Positions 9,233 through 17,642 of a stretch of 50,763 bases of DNA are shown here, in pieces. Within the stretch, counting starts at the first letter, position 1; each line of letters begins with the position of its first letter. The DNA is taken from contig JAFTPJ010000150.1 in assembly GCA_017463405.1 (NCBI GenBank), positions 1 to 50,763 on the forward strand, read 5' to 3'. Both the position numbers and the translations under genes were made by a program. The stretch comes from Clostridia bacterium (lineage in GTDB: Bacteria > Bacillota > Clostridia > Oscillospirales > CAG-272). The notes below the pieces were generated by a model. That model saw only the letters and a program-made list of their open reading frames with translations. It was not told where the DNA came from and did no database searches.

Positions 9233-10252
9233 ATGAGTTGCAATGAAACAAAGAAAACAACATCGGATGAAAAATGCGCCGTAAAGAAGGATCTTCTCTC
9301 TGCGGCTTATACAGCGATGGATGCCGTTTTGACATCTGTTGCGGGGACCAAGGCTTTCCAAAAGGCTGTTCACGCAGTTTCACAAAAAGCACCCGATGCG
9401 GCAAAGGCACAGAAATTGAACGGTGTCATTGGCGCGGGAATTTGTACCGGCGTTTTGTTCAACGGTGATTTTATCCCTACGCTGGCACAGGCGCTTGACC
9501 GTCTGTGGGCAAAGGATGTCCCCGCGGACGAGGAAGCGGTTGTTGAAGATGCGGTTGCAGAGGCACAGGTGGAGGATGTTCCCGTTATGGCTGTCGCTGT
9601 GAGCGACGATGATGACGACGATGACGATTCCTTTGCCGGAATCAGTACGGCAGGCTTGAACTTTATCGACGTCAAGGCACAGCCCGATGAATACGCTGCC
9701 TTGCTGGAGCAGGAGAGGCGTGGCGAGATCAGAATCGTTACCCGTTACCGTCGTAGCTTCCTGTCAAGACTCATCCAGTCGCAGGGCGAGGTGCAGGAAT
9801 ACTATTCCATCATCAAAAACAAGTTCCTTTCCTACAAGGGTGTCAAGGGACGCATCAGCTGGGGACAGGAGTCCTTTAACCGTGGTAGAATCCCCGTAGC
9901 AAAGATGAATGCAAAGTCCAGGACCTTGTATCTGTATCTGGCGCTGGATCCCGCGACGGTGGAATCGTTGGAGGATGGAAAGTACAACATCATCAACGTA
10001 GGCGACAAGAAGAAATATGAGACAGTTCCCGTGCTGATGAAGATCAAGGGACCGCGTAAGCTCAAGCATGCTTTGGAGCTGATCGATATGATCTGCCGCG
10101 ACAATCTCCAGTTGCCCGACACCAAGAATTTCGAGGAGCAGGATTTTACGGTTCCGTACCGGTCCACCGAGGAGCTGGTCGAGAGCGGCGAGGTCAAGAT
10201 GCTGGTTGCGGGAATCGATATGTCCGGTGTCAGCGAAGCTACATCCGTTTGA
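9233..10252 (+). CDS. hypothetical protein with acidic linker and a globular C-terminal domain
   Basis: Long ORF with host-like codon usage, poly-Asp tract, C-domain RSFLSRLIQS..YY..IKN..SW..ESF..LYLYLALDP. Confidence 0.7.
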   Translation: MSCNETKKTTSDEKCAVKKDLLSAAYTAMDAVLTSVAGTKAFQKAVHAVSQKAPDAAKAQKLNGVIGAGICTGVLFNGDFIPTLAQALDRLWAKDVPADEEAVVEDAVAEAQVEDVPVMAVAVSDDDDDDDDSFAGISTAGLNFIDVKAQPDEYAALLEQERRGEIRIVTRYRRSFLSRLIQSQGEVQEYYSIIKNKFLSYKGVKGRISWGQESFNRGRIPVAKMNAKSRTLYLYLALDPATVESLEDGKYNIINVGDKKKYETVPVLMKIKGPRKLKHALELIDMICRDNLQLPDTKNFEEQDFTVPYRSTEELVESGEVKMLVAGIDMSGVSEATSV

Positions 10253-10276
10253 TTCAAAAAAATAAAAATCGCATAA

Positions 10277-10315
10277 AAAAAGAGATACGGTATATACTAA
10301 TGCCGTATCTCTTTT
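10277..10315. terminator. intrinsic terminator (bidirectional-type)
   Basis: AAAAGAGATACGGTAT / ATGCCGTATCTCTTTT hairpin. Confidence 0.7.
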
Positions 10316-10349
10316 ACGTTTTCTCAAAATGATTTACAGGAGCTTTTAT

Positions 10350-10805
10350 ATGGCACAGGCAACGAAAACCAAGCAAACCGCAGAGCTTTTACAAGCGGTA
10401 TATAAGAATGTAAAAATGGCAAGCGATTCGATTTTGAATCTGATGCCGAAGGTCGAGGATAAGCAGCTGAAGAGCGATATGACCGTACAATTGAGTGCGT
10501 ATGAAGCGTTTGCGTCGCGCGCGGCAAAGCTGCTTGCGGAGGAGGGCGTGAAGCCCGTGGAAGAGGGAACAATGACCAAAATGGCGGCGAAGTGGGGGAG
10601 CATGATGAACACAATGCGGGATTCGACCTCCTCGCACATTGCCGAGATGATGGTGGAGGGCGCGACGATGGGAGTGAACGATATGCTCAAGCAGATTCGT
10701 GAATCGGAAAACACCGCCGTTTCGGAGAGTGCGTTGCGTTTGGCACGCGATGTTTGCCGTTTTGAAGAAAAGACGGTGGAAGAAATGCGCAATTATCTGC
10801 GCTGA
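10350..10805 (+). CDS. hypothetical helical, ferritin-like protein, probably sporulation-associated
   Basis: AGGAG RBS; all-helical pattern (SSHIAEMMVEGATMG); first gene of the coat-protein cluster. Confidence 0.6.
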   Translation: MAQATKTKQTAELLQAVYKNVKMASDSILNLMPKVEDKQLKSDMTVQLSAYEAFASRAAKLLAEEGVKPVEEGTMTKMAAKWGSMMNTMRDSTSSHIAEMMVEGATMGVNDMLKQIRESENTAVSESALRLARDVCRFEEKTVEEMRNYLR

Positions 10806-10823
10806 TCAAAAAAGGAGGCTTTT

Positions 10824-11009
10824 ATGGCACAAATTACCTGTAAGGAATTGGCGGGACTTTCCGACCTGATGACGGTTGAAGAGAATCTGGTCGTCAAATG
10901 CAAGACGTACGCCGCTGAAACGACCGACAGCGTGCTGAAGAATCAGTACGAGCAGGCGGCACAGCGCCATCAGCGTCATTTTGACGAGCTGTATGCAAAT
11001 TTGAAGTAA
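10824..11009 (+). CDS. small spore-coat-associated protein
   Basis: AGGAGG RBS; KEL..LSD.M..E...V.K...YA....D..LK......A.RH..HF..L pattern, typically paired with CotF-like genes. Confidence 0.6.
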   Translation: MAQITCKELAGLSDLMTVEENLVVKCKTYAAETTDSVLKNQYEQAAQRHQRHFDELYANLK

Positions 11010-11021
11010 CGGAGAAAAAAG

Positions 11022-11300
11022 ATGGAATTCAATCAAAGCCAAAGAATGAACGATCAGGAAAAGATGACCGATCTGCTTACCACGCAGAAGTTTCTGACAA
11101 GCATGTACAATTCGTATTGCTGTGAGGCGGCAACCCCGTCGGTCAGAAGCAGTTTGTCCTCGCTTTTGCAGGACACACACCGCATGCAGGAGCAGACCTT
11201 CAACGAAATGAGCACACGTGGCTGGTATCAGACCGAGAAGGCAGAGGAGACCAAGGTCAACGCCGCAAAGCAGAAGTTCGGGAGCACGGTAAGCGTATAA
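11022..11300 (+). CDS. Coat F (CotF-like) spore coat protein
   Basis: MNDQE...DLL..QK.....Y.....E....VR and F..M..RGWY motifs. Confidence 0.75.
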   Translation: MEFNQSQRMNDQEKMTDLLTTQKFLTSMYNSYCCEAATPSVRSSLSSLLQDTHRMQEQTFNEMSTRGWYQTEKAEETKVNAAKQKFGSTVSV

Positions 11301-11305
11301 AAAAT

Positions 11306-11340
11306 ATGGCAGCCCAACGTTACGTTGGGCTGCTGTTATT
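11306..11340. terminator. bidirectional terminator
   Basis: GCAGCCCAACG-TTA-CGTTGGGCTGC between convergent genes. Confidence 0.7.
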
Positions 11341-12155
11341 TATATAGGACGTTCCTCCCGATTCATATATTCGCTCGGCGTATAGCCGACGCGCTTTTTG
11401 AAGACTTTGGAGAAGTAGAGCGGGTCGGAGTATCCGCAAAGCGCCGCGATTTCCGAAATGGAGTAGGCGCGCTTGCCGATCAGCTCGTGCGCATAACGGA
11501 TGCGGAGATTATTGAGATAGCGATTGAAGCCGATGCTCATGCGTGACTTGAACAGATGGGAAATGTATTTTTCGGTATAGGAAAAAATGGCGGCAAGCTT
11601 TTTTAAGGACAGATCGGGATCACGGTAGTGATTGTCGATGTAATCCACCAGCATTTCAACCAGATTTTCGGGGTGCCTGTGCTCCTCGGTTTTCGAAAGC
11701 CCATTGTTGATAAAGGACAGCGTACATAGCAGAACGCCCTCGGAAAGCAGATTGGCGTTCTTTTCATTGACGCGCGTGATCGAACTCATCCAGAAGTCGA
11801 TCAGATGGTGAAAATCGGGATAGACCGCGGATGTGAGCGTGATCTCCAATTCGGACAGAAGTGGGGAAACGGACGCTCCCATAAAGCTGATGTAGAGATA
11901 CTTGAAGTCCTCACTGCCTGCAATGGTGAACGGAACGGCGGGGAAGGTAAAAAAGAGCGTCCCCTGCGCAAGGGGATATTCCTTATCGTAGATCCGCAGC
12001 GTCGCAGTGCCGCCCGTGACAAGATGCACGTAATAGATGGGGCGCAAAAACGGTTGCTTTAACGTATGGAAATCCGATTCGTAGACGAAATGAACGGTTT
12101 TGAGATTGCCCGTGTGATTTTTGGCGGGAATGAAATTGCAGATGCTGTTTGACAT
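11340..12155 (-). CDS. AraC-family transcriptional regulator
   Basis: C-terminal double HTH (YISHLFK; SISEIAALCGYSDPLYFSKVFKK..G.TP.EY); GAGGTG RBS. Confidence 0.9.
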   Translation of the reverse strand: MSNSICNFIPAKNHTGNLKTVHFVYESDFHTLKQPFLRPIYYVHLVTGGTATLRIYDKEYPLAQGTLFFTFPAVPFTIAGSEDFKYLYISFMGASVSPLLSELEITLTSAVYPDFHHLIDFWMSSITRVNEKNANLLSEGVLLCTLSFINNGLSKTEEHRHPENLVEMLVDYIDNHYRDPDLSLKKLAAIFSYTEKYISHLFKSRMSIGFNRYLNNLRIRYAHELIGKRAYSISEIAALCGYSDPLYFSKVFKKRVGYTPSEYMNREERPI

Positions 12156-12306
12156 AACGATCACCTCGGATATATGATAGCATACATTTTTGAAAAAAGC
12201 AATGAGAAACGGCTTTTTTTCATATAAAAAGCGAAAAAATCCATTTACAAAGTCGTCGGAAGATGGTATGCTATAAGCAACGAAATCCGGTTGGAGAAAA
12301 CGGTTT

Positions 12307-13164
12307 ATGGCTTGGATATTGATTTTGATATCGGGATGCACGGGACTTATTGAGGGCGTTCTGATCAAAAAATACAACGCAAAGCATCAAAAGGGCGGAT
12401 TTATATTCACCGCATTGGTGTCCCTGTTCTCGATGCTCTTTTTCGTCTTGACCGACCGTGGCGGATTTTATTTCCCGATCGGAATTTTTCCATACGGACT
12501 GATCTCGGGCATAATGTTCTGTATGGCATCCTTCCTGACCTACGTTGCATTGGGCTGCGGACCGTTCACCGTTTCGATGCTGATCCTGTCCTACTCGGGC
12601 GTGTTTTCCATTGTTTACGGCTTGGTGTTCCTGCATGAGCAGGCGTCGGTCTTTACTTACGTGGGGCTTGTGCTGATTATGATTTCGCTCTTTCTTACAC
12701 GTGGGGAGCACAAATCGGGTGAGGACAAAAGGGTGTCCTTGAAATGGTTGATTTGCATCTCACTTTCGGTCGTCGGCAGTGGAATGTTCGGTGTCCTGAT
12801 GCGGATGCAGCAGATCGCATTCGAGGATGCCTGCACCAATGAGTTTATGATCATTACCCTCGGATTTTCCGCGCTTACGTTGCTTGTAATCGGTATTGTC
12901 AAGGATGGGCGCGATCTTCCGTACATCCTGCGACACGGTGGACTGTATGCCGCCTTGTCGGGCGTTTCCAACGGCGCGACCAATATGATGGGATTGGCGG
13001 TCAATATGATGATGGCGATTTCGATCTCCTCGCCCGTGCGTGCAGGGGTCAAGGTGATCTTCTCCTTCCTTTTGTCCAAGGTGATCTTTAAAGAAAAGTT
13101 TTTAATTCGCCAGCTCGTCGGTGTGGCGCTCGGTGGCATCGCTTTGGTGCTTTTGAATTTGTAA
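12307..13164 (+). CDS. EamA/DMT-family membrane transporter
   Basis: About 10 hydrophobic segments in two repeats; ..FLHE.. and ..IFKEK.. DMT motifs. Confidence 0.75.
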   Translation: MAWILILISGCTGLIEGVLIKKYNAKHQKGGFIFTALVSLFSMLFFVLTDRGGFYFPIGIFPYGLISGIMFCMASFLTYVALGCGPFTVSMLILSYSGVFSIVYGLVFLHEQASVFTYVGLVLIMISLFLTRGEHKSGEDKRVSLKWLICISLSVVGSGMFGVLMRMQQIAFEDACTNEFMIITLGFSALTLLVIGIVKDGRDLPYILRHGGLYAALSGVSNGATNMMGLAVNMMMAISISSPVRAGVKVIFSFLLSKVIFKEKFLIRQLVGVALGGIALVLLNL

Positions 13165-13186
13165 CAACATAGAAAGGAATTTGAAA

Positions 13187-14269
13187 ATGAGTGAAAAAAT
13201 CGTAAAGCTCGGTGTTGTGGGGCTGGGCAGAGGCTTTGGTGTTGCCAAGGATATCCTCGGAGAGAGTTGTGTTCGTCTGACCGCGATCTGCGATCGCAAT
13301 CCCCAAAAGGTGGAGGCGGCACAGAAGGTGCTGGAAGAACGCGCATACGGCGCGGTGGCATCCTATGCGGAATTCGACGATATGATCCGTGACGCGGATA
13401 TTGACGCTGTCTTTATCGCGACCGACGCGATTTATCACGTGCCGTACGTCATCCGTGCACTGGATGCGGGGAAGCACGTCATCAGTGAGATTCCCGCGGT
13501 CAACAGCGTTGAGGAGGCGAAGGCGCTCAAGGCGGCGGTCATGCGTCACCCCGAGCTGAAATATATGACGGGTGAGAACTGCTGCTACTGGGCGTTTATT
13601 CAGATGTGGAAGCAGATGTACGACGAGGGCAGACTTGGCGAGACGATCTATGCCGAGAGTGAGTATATCCACGCGCGCGACTGGAGAGAAATGAAGCCCG
13701 AAGACTATCCGCAGGAGCATTGGAGAGCCTTCAATCCCGCGATCAAGTACCTGACGCACAACCTCGGACCGCTCCTTTACATCATGGACGACTATTGCGT
13801 CAGCGTATCGTGCATGACCCCCGACGTGGTGTACAATCCCTACCGTCCGCAGAAAAACGGCGTTGCGCTGTTCAAGACGGCAAAGGGCGCGGTGATCCGC
13901 ATTCTGATCACCTTTGATTGCTTTGCGGATTTCGATCACAATTTCCGCATCATGGGTACGCGCGGCAGCATTGAGACCGACCCGACCAAAAAGCTGGAGG
14001 AGGCACACAGCTTCGCGCGACTTTCCGACGTGCCCGGTTCGATCAAGGAAAAGGTCGAAATTCCCGTAACGCTTAAGTTCGAGGGCGAGGAGGACAGCGG
14101 TCACGGCGGCGCGGACAAGAAGATGATGATGGCGTTTGTCGATTGCATCATCAACGATACCAAGCCTCCGATCGACGTCGATATGGGCATCCGTATCTCA
14201 CTTCCGGGTATTATTGCACATGAGTCGTCGGTACAGGGCGGCGCGGTGTTGGAGATTCCGCAGATTTAA
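13187..14269 (+). CDS. Gfo/Idh/MocA-family oxidoreductase
   Basis: GVVGLGRG, AICD, DAVFIAT...H, AGKHVISE, GHGGAD motifs. Confidence 0.88.
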   Translation: MSEKIVKLGVVGLGRGFGVAKDILGESCVRLTAICDRNPQKVEAAQKVLEERAYGAVASYAEFDDMIRDADIDAVFIATDAIYHVPYVIRALDAGKHVISEIPAVNSVEEAKALKAAVMRHPELKYMTGENCCYWAFIQMWKQMYDEGRLGETIYAESEYIHARDWREMKPEDYPQEHWRAFNPAIKYLTHNLGPLLYIMDDYCVSVSCMTPDVVYNPYRPQKNGVALFKTAKGAVIRILITFDCFADFDHNFRIMGTRGSIETDPTKKLEEAHSFARLSDVPGSIKEKVEIPVTLKFEGEEDSGHGGADKKMMMAFVDCIINDTKPPIDVDMGIRISLPGIIAHESSVQGGAVLEIPQI

Positions 14270-14278
14270 AGAAAACGC

Positions 14279-14320
14279 AAAAAGAAGCAGGTGTCAAACC
14301 GATAACTGCTTCTTTTTCTT
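14279..14320. terminator. bidirectional terminator
   Basis: AAAGAAGCAG..CTGCTTCTTT hairpin between convergent genes. Confidence 0.65.
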
Positions 14321-14325
14321 TCGTT

Positions 14326-15495
14326 TCATTTTGTACCGAACGCACGCTCCATGCGTGCAAGCGCTTCCTTGATCTGCTCATATTTGGATGCGTAGCAGAT
14401 GCGGATGTAGCCCTCGCCGTCGGGACCGAACGCGTCACCGGGCGAGGTGACAACGTGCGTCTTTTCCAGAATATACTCCGCCACCTCGCGCGAGGACATC
14501 CCGAATCCCGTGACGTTGGGGAAGACGTAGAACGCACCGCGGGGGCAGAGGCAGGAAAAGCCGTTGATGCGATTGAGCCCGTCCACGATCAAACGGCGGT
14601 TGCGGTCGTAGTATTTCACCATTTCGGCAACGTCGCCGTCGCCGTGATGGATGGCTTCGACCGCGGCGAGCTGCATCGGCTCGGGGACGCTTGCCACCAT
14701 GTTTTCGTGGAGCTTGATGAGGTTTTCGACGATGTGCTCGTTTGCGCAAATATAGCCCACGCGGAAGCCCGTCATTGCAAAGGTTTTGGAAAAGCTGTTG
14801 ATCGTCAGCACGTAGTCCTCAAGCCCCGGGATCGCCGCGAGGCTCCTTTGCTCAAAGCCGTCGTATACGAGCTTTTCGTACGGCTCGTCCGAGATGATGA
14901 AGATCTTGTGCTTTTTCACCAGCTCCGCAATCTTGAGCAGATCCTCCCAATCCAGAACGCCGCCCGTGGGATTGGAGGGGGAGTTGATGATGATCAGCTT
15001 GGTTTTATCGGTGATCAGCGGTTCGATCACATCCGCCGTCATCTTGAAATCGTTGTGTTCGTCAACCTTGGCGTATACGGTTTTTGCGTTGACCATGTCG
15101 ATCTGACCGCGGTAGTCGGGCCAGTTGGGACCTTGGATGATGACCTCGTCTCCTTTATCGACAAGTGTTGCTATCGCAAGCATCAAGCCTTGGGTGGCAC
15201 CTGCGGTGACGATCAGATTTTTGTCGGGATCGCATGCGATTCCGTTTTCTTTTCGCAGCTTATAAGCAATCGCATCGCGCAGCTCCTTGATGCCCGCATT
15301 TGGTGTATATTTCGTTTTCTTGTCGCGCAAGCCGTTAATTGCAGCTTCAATGATGTGCTCGGGCGTGGTAAAGCCCGGTTCACCGAGCGTCAGGTTGATT
15401 GCGTCGGGATAGTTCTTTGCCAGCTCAAACATGCGGCGAACCCCCGAGGGGAGCGCATTTTGCGCGGCTGTGCTTAAAATCATGTTGTGTTCCAT
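14326..15495 (-). CDS. PLP-dependent aminotransferase class I/II (AspC/PatA-like)
   Basis: LTLGEP, YTPNAGI.ELR, INSPSNPTG, ISDEPY, NSFSKTFAMTGFRVG (PLP lysine). Confidence 0.9.
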   Translation of the reverse strand: MEHNMILSTAAQNALPSGVRRMFELAKNYPDAINLTLGEPGFTTPEHIIEAAINGLRDKKTKYTPNAGIKELRDAIAYKLRKENGIACDPDKNLIVTAGATQGLMLAIATLVDKGDEVIIQGPNWPDYRGQIDMVNAKTVYAKVDEHNDFKMTADVIEPLITDKTKLIIINSPSNPTGGVLDWEDLLKIAELVKKHKIFIISDEPYEKLVYDGFEQRSLAAIPGLEDYVLTINSFSKTFAMTGFRVGYICANEHIVENLIKLHENMVASVPEPMQLAAVEAIHHGDGDVAEMVKYYDRNRRLIVDGLNRINGFSCLCPRGAFYVFPNVTGFGMSSREVAEYILEKTHVVTSPGDAFGPDGEGYIRICYASKYEQIKEALARMERAFGTK

Positions 15496-15509
15496 TTTTT
15501 TCTCCTCAA

Positions 15510-16661
15510 TCATTCGGTATCGCAGCGGAGTACGTAGGCGCAGAACGCGCGGATCGCATTTTTCATACCGCGCTCGTCGATCCGAAAATCACTTCTGTGC
15601 GCGGTCGCTGTGCAACCGAGGGCTTCGTTGCGTGTACCGAAGCGGAAAATCATACCGGGTACCCTTTCCAGATACCATCCGAAATCCTCGGAGGACATTC
15701 TCTGCGGGATCGGTTGTGCTGGAAGCCCGTCTGTGGCAAGTGCACGCTCGAATGCTTCAACGATCATCGGCGTGTTATATACCGCGCCGGTGCTCATGTG
15801 CCAGTCGATCTCCGTTTCGCCGCCGTATTGGATCGCAACCTCCTCGCAGATGCGGCGAACCTCGGCTTCCATGCGACGGGCGAGGTCCATGTCGTAAAAG
15901 CGGAAGGAGACGTCCATCTCGCAACGGTCGGCGACGACGTTATGCACCTGACCGCCCGAAAAACGTCCGACCGACCAGATATAACGCGCGCCGTTCGCCT
16001 CACGCTCGATCGCTTCCTTGAATTTGCAATACGCCGTTACCGCCATGGCGATGGCGTCAACCCCGGCATGGGGGAGCGCGGCGTGCGTGCTTTTTCCGAG
16101 AAAGCGGATTGTCGCGGGGATGCAAGCCGCCATGTAGTCGCCATAGCAAACGCCGATCGCCCCCGCGTCCAGCTCATTTTCGCAATGCGTGCAGAGAATG
16201 TGATCCACGCCGTCCATCACGCCGTTGTCCACCATCATTTTCGCGCCGCTGATCGCCCCCTCCTCGCTGGGCTGGAAAATCAGGCGCACGCGCACGGGGA
16301 GCTCATCCTCGTGAGATTTGAGATGTTTTGCGACGGCAAGCATGAGCGCCGTGTGCGAATCGTGTCCGCAAGCATGCATCTTGCCCGGAATTTTTGATGC
16401 ATAGGGAAGTCCCGTTTTTTCCTCCACGGGAAGGGCGTCCATGTCGGCGCGCAGAGCGATCGTTTTTTCGCCCCTGCCGATGTCCGCGACGATACTGCAG
16501 GTGCCGTACCGATCGGTGTGGGGGATGCCGAGCGCATCCAGCTCTGCGGCAACCAATGCTACCGTGCGCGGCAGGTCAAAGCCCACCTCGGGGTATTCGT
16601 GAAGCTGTCGACGGATGCGTACGGCATCGTCAAACAGCGCGTTCAATTCTTGTTCGGTCAT
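15510..16661 (-). CDS. M20D-family amidohydrolase
   Basis: RRQLHEYPE, LRADMDALP, MHACGHD.H, FQPSEEG, SEDF motifs. Confidence 0.9.
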   Translation of the reverse strand: MTEQELNALFDDAVRIRRQLHEYPEVGFDLPRTVALVAAELDALGIPHTDRYGTCSIVADIGRGEKTIALRADMDALPVEEKTGLPYASKIPGKMHACGHDSHTALMLAVAKHLKSHEDELPVRVRLIFQPSEEGAISGAKMMVDNGVMDGVDHILCTHCENELDAGAIGVCYGDYMAACIPATIRFLGKSTHAALPHAGVDAIAMAVTAYCKFKEAIEREANGARYIWSVGRFSGGQVHNVVADRCEMDVSFRFYDMDLARRMEAEVRRICEEVAIQYGGETEIDWHMSTGAVYNTPMIVEAFERALATDGLPAQPIPQRMSSEDFGWYLERVPGMIFRFGTRNEALGCTATAHRSDFRIDERGMKNAIRAFCAYVLRCDTE

Positions 16662-16664
16662 GAT

Positions 16665-17126
16665 TTACTTACTTTCCTTTGTGTCGGGGAGGACGGTCGG
16701 TTGGAATTTGTGCTCCATCAAGGAGAGCATGGTGTGGCTTTTCATCACGCCCTTTTGCTTTTTCAAATGCAAAAGCTTGTTTTCCAATGTCTCCACGTCT
16801 GTGGCGCAAATTTTGATCAGATAATCGTATTCTCCGGTGACGGCATAGCATTCCAGCACGTCGGGATCGTGATCGATATAATCCATCAGCGTCTTGACAC
16901 CGTCGCCGTATTGAATGACGATGAAAATAAACGCGACAACGGGCTTTCCGGCGCGCTTTTCATCGGTGAGGATGGTGAATTTGCGGATGACGCGGTCACT
17001 TTGCAACTTTTGAATGCGTTTGTTTACAGCGGGAACCGAGAGACCCACCGTGCACCCGATTTCGGTTGAGGTTGCATACGCATTGTGCGACAGCAACTCC
17101 AATATTTGTTTATCGATGATATCCAT
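16665..17126 (-). CDS. Lrp/AsnC-family regulator
   Basis: D..D.QIL..L, VGLS.PAV..RI..L, ECYAVTGEYDYLIK. Confidence 0.92.
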   Translation of the reverse strand: MDIIDKQILELLSHNAYATSTEIGCTVGLSVPAVNKRIQKLQSDRVIRKFTILTDEKRAGKPVVAFIFIVIQYGDGVKTLMDYIDHDPDVLECYAVTGEYDYLIKICATDVETLENKLLHLKKQKGVMKSHTMLSLMEHKFQPTVLPDTKESK

Positions 17127-17298
17127 GTGCTTGCCTCCCTTTGAAGATTAGGTTTGAAACAATTATATCATTTTACGATTTATATTTCAACGGCAATTCA
17201 AAAAATGGAGTAAAATAAAACTGATTTCTGCTTTTTGGCTTATTTTTGCTCGACAGCGTGGGGCTTGAATGAATTTATCGAAAAATCTCAAAAAAGAC

Positions 17299-17327
17299 TT
17301 GACAAATCGCGAAAAAAGGTTTATACT
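17299..17327 (+). promoter_or_regulatory. sigma-A promoter of the T-box leader
   Basis: TTGACA, 17-bp spacer, TATACT. Confidence 0.75.
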
Positions 17328-17339
17328 ATTAAGGAATAA

Positions 17340-17604
17340 AACCGAAGAGGAAGAGGAGTAGCAGGACAGAGTGTTCTTCAGAGAGCTGCCGGCGGTGAGA
17401 GTGTAGTGTGCGCAGTCGTGTGAATGGACTTCCGAGGGCGAACCGAAATTGCATTGTAAGAGTAGGCTTCGACGGGGTATGCCCCCCGTTATCATGGCGG
17501 CGCATATGATGGTATGCGATGAGAGGAAGCGAAAGCTTCAATGAGGGTGGCACCGCGAATTCGTTCGTCCCGATTATCAGTGTGATAATGGGGCGTTTTT
17601 GTTT
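17340..17604 (+). ncRNA. tryptophan T-box riboswitch
   Basis: AGTA, AGAGA and GGTGAGA stem-I elements, specifier GAA-TGG (TGG 17425-17427), T-box AGGGTGGCACCGCG 17544-17557, terminator hairpin 17566-17600 with T run. Confidence 0.92.
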
Positions 17605-17642
17605 TGTAATTACGATTTTTATATATTTGAAGGGGGTATGGA

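Noticed and set aside
9605-9628. GAC/GAT triplet run
   Set aside because: Encodes poly-Asp with mixed codons; not a contingency repeat or array
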